Positions 34,938 through 48,914 of a stretch of 64,000 nt of DNA are shown in pieces (within the stretch, counting starts at the first letter, position 1; the number at the start of each line of letters is the position of its first letter). Origin of the DNA: Camelus ferus (lineage: Eukaryota); contig NC_045697.1 in NCBI RefSeq assembly GCF_009834535.1, positions 99,636,001 through 99,700,000 on the forward strand. The letters run 5' to 3'. Made by a program: the position numbers and the translations under genes. The notes beneath the pieces were generated by a model. That model searched no databases and was not told the origin of the DNA. It saw only the letters and a list, made by a program, of their open reading frames with translations.

Positions 34938-37900
34938 TCTTGTGAGCAAAATTCTCTGACTGTGCAAGGCTCCCAGCGACGAAAGCTTTGTTAGCACAGA
35001 ACTAGAATCGTTTCCTACCTGAAGAGAGCTGGAGGGTCAGAGTGGCAGGATGCTTCCATGTGAGCTCCCTTCCTGCTTCCTGCTCCCCCTTCCTCATCTC
35101 GCTCTGCCCTCCTTGGGAGGATGGAGAGGCAAGGCTAGAGCCTGCATGTGCACACTCGCAGGCACCTTCCAGGTTTCTTTAGAAAGCGGAGGCACCAGCC
35201 GTCAGAGCCTGGCTTCTCCTCCAGGTGCTCCGCAGCACCCGGCTCCAGATCCGAAAGCACAGCACATGAATAATCAGCACCAGTGAAGGCCAGTCTCATC
35301 ACTGAATGTTGGCAGAGGCTCAAGACGGCCCTGAAGAGAAAGCCCGGTAGCCATGTGGGGCAAGTGGGGTAGGAAGGACCTAATACCTACTGAGCCTGTG
35401 GATGGAGGACAGTCTGCACCAGGAGGGTTCTGATGGGAGGTATTTTGGTCTTCCTTGTGCTGTTTGAGCCAAGCTGAGGCCCTGTAAAGCACTCAGGTTG
35501 CTGACTGAAATCGTTACGGCGCAGAAAACTGTCAACAGTGCTGATGGGAATTCTGCTTTTGCTCCTTAGCATCTGAGTGGCTTTAAGGAAATGGATTAAC
35601 TTGGTGTTTTCAGACAAAATAGACTCAGACACAGCGAGTATACAGGCAAGGCAGCCTTCTCCTGGAATGAGCCGCCACCTTAGGACAGGGAGCTGGCACC
35701 TTCTTAATGGCGGTGACATTTTTATCAATGGATCGAGCTTGAGGAGCTGGTCGGCGTCAGCAGCCGCTGTCTTACATTAGACGCACCCCCAAAAACTGGG
35801 GCCCGAGGAAGGGATGTTTGCCACAATGAGCTTTGCTTACCAAAAAGCAGCAAGGATATCGAGGTCACAGTCCAGGGAAAAGGTGGTCGTCACCCTAGAG
35901 TGGGAACTGGGGATGGAAAACGATAAAGAACTAACCTGGGTTTTTCTCGCAACTTCATGATGGGGGCATATTTGAAACTGTAGGTGAGGAGCATGAATAT
36001 ATCTAATGGGGAACTTCGTCCGTTTTTCACTTCCTTGGTACTTCTCATTAGTTCTAAAACGGGAAGGTTTTGAATTCTCCTTCCTAGGGCCTTTCAGCTA
36101 AAAAATACTCCATCTTCCATTCGTCTCTACAGAATCACGGGGGATGGAGTGTACTGAATTTAAAAGTATCTTCCCTCTGATACTTCTTTACCAATGGGCT
36201 TCACAAATACCCAGTCCAACCAACTCTTCGCTGCTACATACAACCTCATAACCCTTTTATTTACCACCGAGGGTCAAGCTTTCCTCAGAGATGGCAACTG
36301 TGCCATGTGTTGGCTCCAAAGAGATTCATGCTAAGGGTCTCCCAGCAACACCTTTTCCCACTGGAGTGAGGTCAGGTCCTGAGAACTTTCTTCTGGTAGG
36401 ATCCTTGCCCAATCCTACCTGGCTTAGAAAATCAAATGGGAGCCTGGGTCTCGGCTGTGAAGTTACAAACAGTTACAGTGGAAAGCTGATATATGCAAAG
36501 TCCACATTTCCCCATACACTGTCAGCCTGCTGTGGAATTACATAAACACTCTTTTCCTGAGGATTTATGTTTCTAAAAAAGCCTACTCTCCAAAAGCACA
36601 TGGAACATGCTTTTGATTTCTCAAATAATGGTTTGGATCACCTGGATTTCTTTTCAGATTACCAAACTAGAGACAAGGTCATTGCATTTCCTGTCCACAG
36701 AAGGGCAAGGGGGTCTCTGTCATTTCATTTTTCTTTCATTCTCTTTCATGCCCTCCTCACACCCTCCTTCTTATTAAAGACCTGCTATGGACCAGGGGAT
36801 ATGTTATACACGAAAGGAGAACACAGTTGACCAAAGGTATTAAAGAGATATGGTGCTCTGAGATTCTTGCCTTTAAAGAATTAGAGAAATTGAAGGAACA
36901 ATCAGGAATCATGGATTTGATTTTTGGCATGGGCACTGAACCAATCAGTGTAAGACTGTGTAGAGTTGGTTGCCTATCTAAAGGTTTTCATTTCCCTGTT
37001 CAGATGAAAAATCCTTCGGTAAAATGCACTAAAAATAAGCCAGATACTATTTCTAGTCTTGAAGTCATCCTGAATAGCATCTCCAGAATGGATATCATCC
37101 TCAATGATAATCAGGTGATTCGCTAAGATTAGAAGGGGAAGTAAATCAGCTAAGTAATGCTTATGTCATTCACAAGAGACCAAAGTGAGTATCAAGAGAC
37201 ATTATCAAGGTAGGTGTTCCTATCCACGTACAGTGTTGGAAGCCAGTTATGAAAGTAGACTGTAGATGCAGTTACCCAGTTGAATATTTAAATGTGTCCT
37301 TATTTGACTGTGCAATCACACAGCCAAATATATTCAAGGGCGGTTTCCTTTATAAGAAAAAAAAAGTAAATGAAACACTCAAAGATGACATTAGCTCAAT
37401 TTTATGTTTGAAAACTTAATTGCACCCAAGTGAGAAAATACAAAATTAAAGTTCTCACTGCAACAATTGAGCCTCACAGTGCCTAGTAACAAGGAGAGAT
37501 TTTGCCACACATGTTGGAACTCAGTGTGATGTGTGCACTAAAACCTGGAGTGGGGAACTGCCTGCAAATCCATTCCTGCACCTTTCCTACAGCTGGATGG
37601 AAAGCTTTCTTTAGGGATTATACAAAGAGCCTTTATTTTGAGAGTTACACCCAGGAGTGGCATCTTGGATAGCACCAATTGACGGGGGTGAGAGAAAGAA
37701 ATGACCATTTATTGAGTGTCCTCCTCCTGGCTAGACACTTGTAGAAACCTCTATCTAAAAATAATTTTGTCTTTCTTTGTCCCCTACACCTTGTCTACCA
37801 AGACAACCTCATCCCTTCAGAAAGATGAGGCAAAGCCAGTGTGAGAATGTGGAAGTAAACCTCAGGCCCTGTGGTCCTGCCACCAAGCTGGCTAGATTAT

Positions 37901-38319
37901 TGGAGCCCACGAGAGACTAGAGAAGCCACAGCACTTTTCAGTACTGTGGTTGGGGTGCTGATCTGTTCTGTTCCTTAGCAGCCTCCTGGAGTCTTGAGGA
38001 TGTCTGGTATAGCTTTCCCACACTCAAACCAGCCCTGAAGAGCCCAGGGTCCTCTCCCCTTTCTCTAGGACTGTCTCCTGAGCTCCACAGCTCAGCTGGG
38101 ATGGTGGGACCAATACCCTTGACTCCTACTGTCTTCGTGAAACACCTGTGAGAATCCAACGAAGGGGGAGTGGAGCTCCGTCTAGTGAAACGGTGTTGAG
38201 AGACTTTTCACCTAGACTTCCTCTTAATCCCTTCCCACTCTTCTCGACAGCACGCTTCAGGGCTACAGGTGAGGAAGAAAACAAACATTGCCTGTGCCAC
38301 CTCCACAGCCTGCCTGTAG

Positions 38320-38850
38320 ATCATTCATTCATCCACTCAACAGACTCTCATTGGAAGTCTGCTATCGTGTGGTGCTCGTCTCTTCGGGACATTCAAAGAT
38401 GACTGGTTGTGGTTCATACCCTAAAGGAGCTCACTGTGGAATTTAGAGATGACACACACATGCACAAATATCCCTACCACCAGCTCGAATGTGATGAGGG
38501 CTGTGGGAGAAACCCAAGGACGATGGGGGTTCCAACTTCAGAGGAGGGAGAGACATTTGAGCTGGGCCTTGAAAGGGAAGAGTACAGTGCTCTGGCATGG
38601 TGAACCGTAGGATGTCAGGGCCACTTACAGGATGACAGTAGATGAAGCAGGAAAATAGGGATTTATTTTTTGCCTGGAAGATGGGAGCTGCTGGGCAATG
38701 AGGTCACAGGCAGGAGATGGAGAGAGATATGGAGATAATGCAACTGATTCTGGACATGTGGAGTCTCAAATACCAGGTGGACATCCCAGTGGAACTTCCC
38801 AGCAGACAAAACGAGCAGAGTCTTAAGGAAGTTTGGACTTGGGATCATAT
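38320..38850 (-). mobile_element. L2 LINE fragment
   Basis: tcattcattcatccactcaacag tail; agacatttgagctgggccttgaagg; ttctggacatgtggagtc...ggacatcccagtgga. Confidence 0.75.
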
Positions 38851-39830
38851 GTGCACACAGAGGCCTAAGATACTGGACGTTGCCTAGAAACTGGAGCTAA
38901 GCAATACAGCAACGCAATTAACACTCCAAGCAACAGATACTAATGTCTTCATTACTGGCAGTCAGGTCCTATACCAACACACAGGAAGAAATTCTGCTTT
39001 CTCTCTGCAGAGCTTCTGGGAAGGCTCAGAAACACTGGGGAGGCTTTTTGCTAGATCAGTGCAGGAAGGTTGGTCTTGGTAAGTGGATACTGTTGGGGGC
39101 ATTTTGGTGCAGTGATCCCCATGACCAAAAACTGATTTGTCTCTTTAAATGGAAGAAAAAAAAAGCTGCACTTTCCTCCTCATCTAGAACTGTTTTGAGC
39201 TGTTTTGAGGTTGACATCATAAGAATGCTTTTATTCCCCTGTTGATATCTGGTAGACCCTATCTTTTCAGGGTGATGCAGACACACGTTCCAGCCCTTCT
39301 GTGATTTGTCCAGTGCTGTACTATTATAAGCATTATTGATCACACAATCCATTCAGGCACCATTCACCATAAATAATTTATCTCTTCAGGCATGAGCTTG
39401 TCTCCAGCACAGATGCCATCAGCAAGAATCCCCTTCAGGAGGTTTGGGCTGGGGAAGAAACAACTGCCTTGCAAATGGAGTTTAAACACACAAGGCCCTG
39501 GGAGGACCGAAAAATAATGACTGAGCAAACCTCATGCCTGGAGATTGCATTCTACTGTGGGTGGTCTGTCCAAGAGAGGACAGATCTGAGGTTTTTCAGT
39601 TCAGTGTTGCTCCCACAGAGAGCATGCTGTACTGACAAATAGGTATAAGCCCATCTTCCTAGCTGAGGGGATTTGTTTAGGCAGCATATCAATATCTGTT
39701 GAACACACGAGAACAGTGCTAGATGTTATAACTGCCAGGGGCTGGAAGGGCTAAGGGAGGAGGAGGAACAGGGAGCAGAAGAAATAGCAGACATGCTTGC
39801 ATCGCTGTATAGACCCTGGAATTCTACTGG

Positions 39831-40214
39831 ACCCAGAGATCATCCTACTAAGTGAAGTCAGCCAGAAAGTAAAAGAAAAATACCATATGATATCTCCTAT
39901 ATGTGAGATGAAAAAAAAAGGGACACAAATGAACTTATTTATAAAAGAGAAACAGACCCACAGACAGAAAGCAAATTTATGGGAAAGGGGGTGGAGGGAT
40001 AAACTGGGAGTTAGGCATTTGCAGATATTAACTACTATATATAAAATAAACAACAAGGTCCTACTATACAGCACAGGGAACTATATTCAATACCTTGTAA
40101 TGGCCTATAATGAAAAAGAATGTGAAAAGGAATATATGTATATATATGAATCACTATGTTGTATACTAGAAATTAACATAACATTGTAAATAGACTATAC
40201 TTCAATTAAAAAAA
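39831..40214 (+). mobile_element. 5'-truncated lineage-specific L1 3' end
   Basis: acccagagatcatcctactaagtgaagtcagccag...gactatacttcaattaaaaaaaaa; 11-bp TSD AATTCTA(C/T)TGG at 39820-39830 and 40215-40225. Confidence 0.95.
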
Positions 40215-40769
40215 AATTCTATTGGTCAGATAGGAAAGTGTGTATGATTAAAACTACAAGATCTCTGGCAAAAACAAACAAAAGCGCGCAAGGGCATTGG
40301 AGCTCAGATTGCATCTATAACTTGCTGAAGGACTTACAACCGTAACAGAGTGCTCAGATTTTAGGCTTTAAGCGGGGCTGCAAAGAAGGAAGTGCCATAT
40401 AGACAGAGAGGTGAGTGGCAGAGATGCTGTCATAGGGGAGAGGATGGTTGTGCAATAGTCTGCAGTTGGGAACTCACGGACCATGGGTGCCAGCAAACAG
40501 ATTTCAGAAGGGGAAGAGATTTGTGGTGTAAAGCCAGAGAGTAACAAGTCAGGATGGTGGAAGGGGGCTGCTGGGTTATAGCCTTCCTACACAACACTGC
40601 AGTCAGAGGGACCTGCTGTAGGTAGGCAAGGCCTGGGGGAAATTTTCATCTTTTTTCTCTCGAGTATTTCTTAAGCTTCCCAACACTTCCTTGCTACTAT
40701 AGGTCTTGCTGAGAAAAAAAAAAATCATCATTAAGCTTACTTATAATATGTTTGCGTATAACCCTCTGA

Positions 40770-41175
40770 ATAAGCCAAGGTGGAGGTGAGAAAACAGAGC
40801 CCAAATCAGATAGTTCCATGAAAGGAATTAACAGGGGACCTAGCTACAAGCAGACTGGAAGAGCTGAAGAGCCAATAAGAGATGGTGAGGCAGAGATCAG
40901 TAGCAGCTAGAGCTGGAGGTACCAAGGGAGAAGAGCCTGGACTGTCTGGAGGATACTGGAACCATGGTCAAGTTGCCACGGGAGCTGGGACCAGGAGGAA
41001 ACCATGAGGAATGCCGCCAGAGGGAGGAAAATACCCCAACTTCTCCTCTTCGCCTGCTCCCTAACTTCTGCTAGGGCCTCCCTTTGGCCTAACCTGACTG
41101 GAAGCCCACTGGTACAGAAACCTAGGAAATGCACTTCGTACATTTGTCCGTCTCAGCAGGAAGGGTGGGGAATGA
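40770..41175 (-). mobile_element. LTR33-like ERVL LTR
   Basis: ggaagagctgaagagccaa...gatggtgaggc; cctccctttggcctaacctgactggaagcc...cctaggaaatgca. Confidence 0.7.
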
Positions 41176-42419
41176 CTGGCATTCCCTCATTCAGTATTTG
41201 CAGGAGACTCAAAGAAAAGCAATGCCTGTCTCTCCCAAATGGATTTATAATTGGTGGAATTAGGCATCAAGTGAGGCAATATCTGGGGGCAAGACATTCT
41301 TAGTGACTGCAATTAGCACTACTCAGTCCACTGCCTGTCTGACGGGAGAGCAGCTGACACCAGAACCGTGGTGCAGGTAGGGAGCTGCACAGGCCTCTCC
41401 CGAGGAGTCTGAGATTCCTCCCATCGTGACTGCCCTCAGGTCAGCTCTAGAGAAGAATCAGCCACCACCCTATCTGGCCTGGGAATGAAAGGGCTGCAGG
41501 CTCAGTGAAAGCTGAGGAGGAAATGATCAAAGTCTGTGGTTTCTGCTTCTCCGACTCAACCCCAGAGGCAAGGTCTTGTGGTCCAGAAAAGTCTGCATCT
41601 CCCTTTCCTCAAAAAGGTCCTCTGCTCTTGCTTCTGAGCCCCTCTTGTTCCTCTGAGACCTCACATACCCCAGAGGAGCACTCTTGACCTGTCTGAGTCT
41701 CTTAGGCCTGATTTGAGTGACAGATTAAACCACACACATGTTCTGCCAAGCATTCCAAGGTCCTATGGGAGACTCCTGTCCCCATGGAGATGCTACTTAG
41801 TAAGCTGTAGGGGTTGTATGCTTTCACGTTAAATAGCTCAAAATTATTTCTAGTGATGGTCATCACTAGGGATGATAATAAGAGGACAGAGAGGCTCTGC
41901 TGGGTCTTGTCCCAAGAAATTAAAGCTGATGTATATCATATTGATTTAATACAGTTCACATAATGTGGACTGATCAACAACAGGCCAGACAGCCCTATAG
42001 AGACATGATCCCTGCCCTTACGGTAATTTAGTCAAGGCCAAGAAGAGGGTGTCAGATATTTGTTAGAGGCAGGAGCTGCTACAAGCCTAGGACTCTGGGC
42101 AGAGCACTGATTTTTGAGAGTAAGATATGATCACTGCGCTGTTCATCTGTTTGGTGCTAGTGCTGCAATTCACTGGTTCTTAAACAGAGCTTGACAAAAT
42201 AGGCTTGTTGTGAAGCCAGGCTGCTAATTGTGCTGGTAATTAAAAATTGGCAGTACTGAGTTTGGCCCACGTTCCCTACCCTTGAAACCTTCCAAATCAG
42301 CGTTTGCCTTTCACAACGAGCAAAAACACCTGCTCTGTTTCCCCCACTCATTTCCTAGGACTTTCAAATGCCACTGAGCTGCGGCTTTCACAGACCCTGG
42401 AAGGATGTCTGGTATTTCA

Positions 42420-42720
42420 TTCAGAAAGATCGCGTGTGCACTGTGGTAAGCAAGGCTATAAATAGCCAGGGCCGAGCTGAGGGCGACCTCTGAGAACGCT
42501 CGGAGGAGCCGAGGGCACCACTGCACCCGCGGCCTCATCTCACCCCTGCTGCCAGGCTTCTTTCATGAAGCCACATTCTGTTCAGATTTTCTGGCTCCCA
42601 GAGCCCGAATGTCGATTCTTGGAGGTTGAGGGCCACGTGGCAGTCTGCAGCTCCCGGGCTTGTGTGCAGGCACATGTACTCAGAGCTGATGCGTCATCCT
42701 CCTATATTTATCCAGTTGCT
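42420..42720. promoter_or_regulatory. Candidate MEF2/CRE/E-box enhancer or TATA promoter
   Basis: GGCTATAAATAGCC 42454-42467, GCCACGTGGC 42632-42641, CGTCA 42692-42696, CTATATTTAT 42702-42711, CAGTTG 42713-42718; locally retained CpGs. Confidence 0.45.
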
Positions 42721-45464
42721 GTTTCAGTGGCTCTGTGAAGTGTCTGGAAAACAACAAAGCTGCCTCCTCCTGCTCTGCAAGCTGTCTGAACTCCTGAGAC
42801 AGGCTCTGATGTCTCCGTCTGTGTGTATGTGTGTGTGTGCAGGAGCCCTGGTTCGCAGAGTACCAGGGTCACTGGGAGACGCCCACCCCAATCCCCAGCC
42901 AGCCTGGCCTTCACGATTCAGGAGCAGGCAGCTTTCTGCTTTAGCCAGGGACTCCTGTCCTTGCTCACTCCCTGGCAGGTTTCTGAGTGGGAAGGGCACC
43001 ATGCGTGTAGTGGGGGAAGAGAGCTGGCTGGGCTTCTGGGGCAGGACCAGTTGGCACCAATAGCAGTAAAGATGAACCTGGCAAGGTGTCATTGAATGTT
43101 AGAGCTGAAAGGCATCCTTGATGTCCTCTTCCCAAGACTGTGGTTTTGCCGCTGAGGATGCTGAGGTGAAGCAGGTGAGAAGCCATCCAGCACCAGCGCT
43201 GATTCTGAAACTCTGTACTACTGGATCCTAGACCAGTGACTTTCTACAACCCTGTCCCCAGCAGCTCGAACCTTCTTCACCAGCAGGCCATTCTTCAGCA
43301 AACATCCTCCAAAATGGAAAGCCCAAAGACCATGTAGGCTTGGTATTGGTGATTGTACCTCAGATCTCCTGGCCAGTTCTCTTCCCCAGATACACCCATG
43401 GTGCCCTGCCCACTCAGCTTTTGTGGAGGGCTACCTTCTAACATAGCCTGTCACCACTCTGTGCTGGAGCCATTGTCACAGCTTGCTGTGCCTTTTGGCT
43501 ACCTCCCAGGCACACATCCTTTTACAACCACCACTTCATACCGTATGGACAAGTTTGGTGCCAGTACCTACAGGGTAACTCACTCTAGAAAGACCCAAAT
43601 AGATAGATGCAAATAAATCTGGGCTTCTTTGCCATTCCTTAAAGCCTACCTCCTCATGATAACTTATCCAAGAGAAAAATAAATCCCATTCCAAAACCCT
43701 GAAGAGTGATGAAGATCTTTATTAAAGCTTTCCTTGATGTAGGTTAGAGAGACTCAGAAGTGCCCAAGACAAACCTACTACTAAATCCCCATCTCCATCC
43801 CTCTCCCCCGAATCCCACAGCCCATGGCAGCAACTCAAATTTCTCTCTTCCAAAATCTCCAAAATCTCCAGCCCAGGCTACCTCTCCTGTCACTCCCACC
43901 TCCCTCTATTGCTATCTTTTTGGGTCCTGGATGTTTTGGGGGTTTTTTTTGTGTGTTTGCTTCCTTTGGTGACTCTATGCCTTTTCCTGTGTAGATCAAA
44001 TTATTTCTCTTCACTTTCTCCCAATTCTCCTTTCTACCCATTTTCCTGACCAACCCCCAGAGGCATAGGAACTGAGCAACTGCGACAACAATCATCCTTA
44101 AAATGTGGGAGGAGGAATGGTTGTAAATTCTTATATGTGATCTTTTTTTACCTTTGCAACAGGAAAAATCATGTCAAATTGATCTTCAACTAGTTGTACT
44201 TGGTTGGGTTGCTCCGTTATTGAATTCCTAGAGTGCTGGAAGTAGTACAGTATTAATTAAAGGCTCCCTAAATTGGATGCTTCATTATTTCAAATAAGCT
44301 GCTGCTGCCTCTCAGACACGGAAATGAGCCAGCTTCTCCCCTTGACAACGATGTTCTTAGGATGCCATGGTGGGTGTGTTCCCAGCTATCTAACTGCTGC
44401 CAGCTGGATTTGTATCTCCTTTTTCATAGGGTATGATCAAATCTTAAATAAGCTGCAAAGAACAGGAGGCCCTTCAGTTACCTTCACTCCATGTGCAATG
44501 GATCTGTGTCCCTGTTTTACACCAATAAGAACTCACTGCAGAAGCAGCAACCAGCATGCTCAGAGCATTCGACACAACTGGCCTTTGAGGGACTATTTCC
44601 TCTCCCTCACAGTGTTCCAGCCTTGGAACACATGATCGGAACTTTAGCCCTTTTGAAAGCACTGGGTAGCAGCTTCAGCCCCTCTCTCACCCTGTGTATT
44701 CTTCCCCGGAGGCTAAGTCACACTTCATCTGTTTTGTGATGTCTGAAGGACTGAGCATGAAAAACTCCAATGTCTTCTCCAATGCTTTTAAATCTCCCCG
44801 TCTGAGGATGGATATGTTTTGCTTACCTCCTGCCACGTGGATGACAATCATGAGGGGTTCAGGGCCATCTGCTGCTATGACCAGGTCTGAAGACCTAGCT
44901 CTCACTTTGTTTCAATGGAGCTGCCAGAAGAGGCAGCTCATGCACCGGTTTGCTATGTGTGTATGTTCTGCGGGGCCAACCCTTTCTCGGGTGAGATGCA
45001 CTAAGTTTTAGACTTGGGGAAAAGCATCAGGGAGTCTGACTATGGCCACAATGAAGCCTTACTCTTCATTCCAGCTCTGTCATTAATAAAACACATTTTT
45101 AAAAATCATTTGCCTGATTTCTGCTATTGTTTCTCAGTAGCACTTGTGAATCCATAATATAAATACCCCTAGGGTGGGAGCAAGAGAACTCATACCCTTA
45201 TAATGAGTGAATCCATTTCATGCAATTAACATTTCCCAACCATCCACCATGAGTGAGTCTAAAGCCAAGAGACATGGTAGGGCTATCTTAGATTAAGTTT
45301 CGAGAATATCAAAGGTGAGGCTGGAGACCTCAAGCCCACAATCCAATTTACAGTGAATTTTTCTGTCACTGCCTAACAGACTATGAAACCTCCCCACCCT
45401 CCTGGTGAGCCTGGTGTGCTTTGGTGGTTGCACAGACATATGGTTACGGGGTAAGCCCAGGGTC

Positions 45465-45662
45465 AGTGCCTGAGTTCATCCTTTCTCCATCCTAACAAGA
45501 CCTTGGCTTGGTCACTTAAACTCTTTCCCTTAGATGCCTTATCTGGGATATTGGGACAATATCTCTTAGGATCATTGTGGGGAATAAAATGAGAGAATTA
45601 TGTAAAGACCTTAGAACAATGCCTGGCAGCTAGTAAGCCCTCCATAAATGTGACTATTAGTC
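45465..45662 (+). mobile_element. MIR SINE
   Basis: ttgtggggaataaaatgagagaattatgtaaagaccttagaacaatgcctggcagctagtaagccctccataaatgt. Confidence 0.85.
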
Positions 45663-47734
45663 ACAGCAATAAAATAGTTTTCTGTCACCAAAAATATCCC
45701 ATGAGGGTGCATCTTTGGAACGTATCAGTGGGAAAATGTGCTTTGCTGGTAATACAATTTTGTTTTACAAATATTTTAGGAGGAACACTGTTAAGTGAGA
45801 AAGAGATACTCAGCTTTCTAGCAAACAAAAATTGGAATTTACTTGTTAAAAAATAGAAATACCATTTTTATTGCTTCTCCACCCCTACCATCTCAAGGAA
45901 CATTTCTTAGCTGCTTTTATACAAAGACACATGTCAGATCTAAGATCTGGTGACAACTGCCTCCTGAAAGCCTTGACACGGGGCCCTAAGTGGGGACATT
46001 TCTAATTTTGAAACGAGCTACGTGGTTCAAAAGCTCTACGCTTCCCAATAAGTAGATGATTGATAAGACTTTCTCGTTCACTGATCAAGCTTGGTAAAAA
46101 GGAAAAACAAGGACTAAAAATACCCTTTGTGTGTGAACTAGGGCACTGAAAGTAAAAGGAGACCCAAATTTACATATGTGATTACATAATTATATATTTA
46201 ATTTGTAGTGTAGAGTAAAATTATCCTTTCAATCTATGGATTTTTGTGGTCTCATCTCAGACATGGAGCTGTTACTACAACAGAACAGAATGCCTCTTTG
46301 CTGATTTTTTTTTAATTCACTGATTGTTTTTTAATTCAAAGCACTGTTCACTGTATCATCTAGGAATTCTGCAACCTATAGAACTACCAAGAAAGAAATT
46401 CATCTGAAGGTCACATCAGCCTTCACATGAATTTTCTGTAAAACTGAGATGACATTTTACATGTTAACTAAATAAAGGTGACATAAGAAATGATGGTCGA
46501 TTAGGTTCTATTCCTGTCCTCCAGCTGGAATGTCCAGGTAAGAGGCTCCTCAGATCACCTCTCACTGAGTCAGTGCTCCATCTTTTCATGCCGGGGATCC
46601 TCGTAACATCTGATGCACTGTCATCAATTGTTGTACCTCTACTTGAACAAGTAAACTAACAGTCACCCCTCTGGAGCTTATTCTGCTAACGGTCACCCCT
46701 CGGAATTTATCCTGCAGGCAGAAAGTATCGAACTGCAAAAGTGGATTTTAAACTTTGCATATGAGCTAGAGTGAAATTAATAAGAGCAAAAAATTGATCT
46801 CTTTTAATTCAAGTCTTCGGTGTGCACCTGAGAGATAGGAGTCTCAGATCCAAGAGCCTAAGCTAGTATTGTGGGGAAGGTAGCCATTAAACTCCAGACT
46901 CTTGCTGATTTATAAATTAGAGCCAAGGGAAAAGGCAGTACGTCATCATTTTGAGAGAGGACTGGGTCCTGCTCTCTATATCCTTTTGGGATTTCAGTGC
47001 TTCCTGTGAGTGAGCATTCAGTGCCAAATCAGAAGCCCTACACATTGGAGGATAACAGAATAGCCCGGGCCAATTCTTTCTCTTGCGTATGAATCCCAAA
47101 GAGATGGGGAAGCATGAGCAGTAAATTCAGAAGTTGGCAGAGAAGCTGGACAGGTGTTTGGTGAAGACACTAGGGTCAAAGCAGTGAGAAGGTGGTCTTG
47201 GAGGGCAATGAGATGACCCAGGCCAGGGGAGCCCTGGGGCCTGGGATCCTGGGTAGCCATGAGCGCCCATCCAGTTCTCTAGGAGTCATGGCTCTGTGGC
47301 CGCTGAGATGGTTCCCTGCCATCTTTTCCTTTCCTGTCTATTCCTGCAATAACCCCCTGCCACCAAAGCGGTCTGAGTCCCTTGAAATCAAGAGAATCAA
47401 GCACTGGATTACACTTTCTATCAAGACCCTGAGGGCCAGGTGGCAAGTCAGTGTCCCCATAATATGCTGGGACTCCTACAGGAAAGAACCTGGTTCTTTG
47501 ACCCCGACAAATCCCGTGAACAGAATGCGATATTCTCTCTTCTCAGTGAGTGAAATAACAACAACGCAAGTCTGTATTCTTCCCGCAGATGTCAACAGAC
47601 ATTCCTTTTCTAGGGGGAAGTGACCTTTGAGTAATGACACAAAGTAGTAGAGCGTAGCTTAAATATTTTAAAAGGGAAGAATGTGGCGAACAATACCAAC
47701 ATTTAGTGTGTAGCTCCACAGGCCCCAGTATGTT

Positions 47735-47890
47735 CTGCAGGCCCAAATCTAATCCTCACTGGAGCCCTGTGAGAGATGTGCCGTCTTGTCCCCTTTTTGT
47801 ATTTTAGTGACTAGCCTGAGGTCACGCAACTTGTAAGAGGTAAAACTGCGACTCCACTCAGTTTTAACTCCAGAGCCTGAGCTCCTAACC
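47735..47890 (-). mobile_element. MIR SINE fragment
   Basis: tctaatcctcac...agccctgtgag; agtgactagcctgaggtcacgcaacttgtaag...taactccagagcctgagctcctaacc. Confidence 0.75.
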
Positions 47891-48914
47891 GGTGTTCTGT
47901 AACAGGAATGAATGCTCAAAAACCCATTTCATCCCATCTCTGGATGGGCATTTCCTGGTCCAAGTACAGCCCACACCTTGCTTCTCTGGGCAGCACCCAG
48001 CTCCTGCCAGCACGACCACTGTGATACCCACACTGGTGGAATCACAAGGAATAACCATCCTCTCTCAGGAGACTTTTGAACACTTTAACCTAGATTTTTA
48101 GAAGTCTCCACATTACCTGGTTTTTCCCTTTTTTACCCCCTAGAGGAGAGAAGTGCTATAATACGATGCTATTAGGTCAGAGAGGTAAACTCAACACATG
48201 CAGCAGCTGTAAGCTGTCAGGTTTTGCCATGGCCTTGTGTGGCCATGAAACATTTCCAGAAATAAGAAAATGAGTCCCACAACCGGGTCCCTAACTATGT
48301 TTCCCCACAGTGGTATCAGACAGAAGCTCCAGAAGATGTAACACAAAATGTGTTATCCGCCCCCAACACTTACTCCCAGTCAGGTACGGTCTCATTGGTA
48401 AAAACACTAGTGAAAAACACACATCGCTGCTGTGGTCACATAGAGGAGGCTCCCCAGTATGCCAGTGGCAGGCCCGGTCAGCAGAACTGAAGGGGAGAAG
48501 TGCTTAATGCTCTCAATTGTGAGCTTTGAGGACATTTTCATTCAGATGTTTATGTGTGTTTCAGAGGATCCTTCTTACAGCCTCGGTGGGAGGCCGGGTC
48601 AGAAGGAGGACAGTTGCCCAAGTCAACAACAACTCAAGAAGGAAATTCAGGGACTATTTTTTCTCTTCCAGCCACAGATTCACAAATACACTTATTCTTT
48701 AGTTGTTTGTAATGCAAATAATGGTCATCATTTCAATTGATGCATGGAGCACTAGGTGTTTTCACAGAAATATGTTTGTTTTACTTGCACCTGTGTAAGA
48801 ACACACCTCCTGCTTGAAAGAGTTAAACTGTGTCTTTGTTTCAGGGTCCCAAGTGAAAAGTAGCACACGCACCAGGAGAACAAGGGGCTCTCAGGGAAGG
48901 GTGGCCAAGGCGAG

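Noticed and set aside
39751..40189. 130-aa and 107-aa ORFs
   Set aside because: Read through the end of L1 ORF2 and its 3'UTR
17081..41869. Short inverted repeats at 17081-17100, 22787-22805 and 41850-41869
   Set aside because: Arms of 8-9 bp are expected by chance in 64 kb and are too short for miRNA precursors
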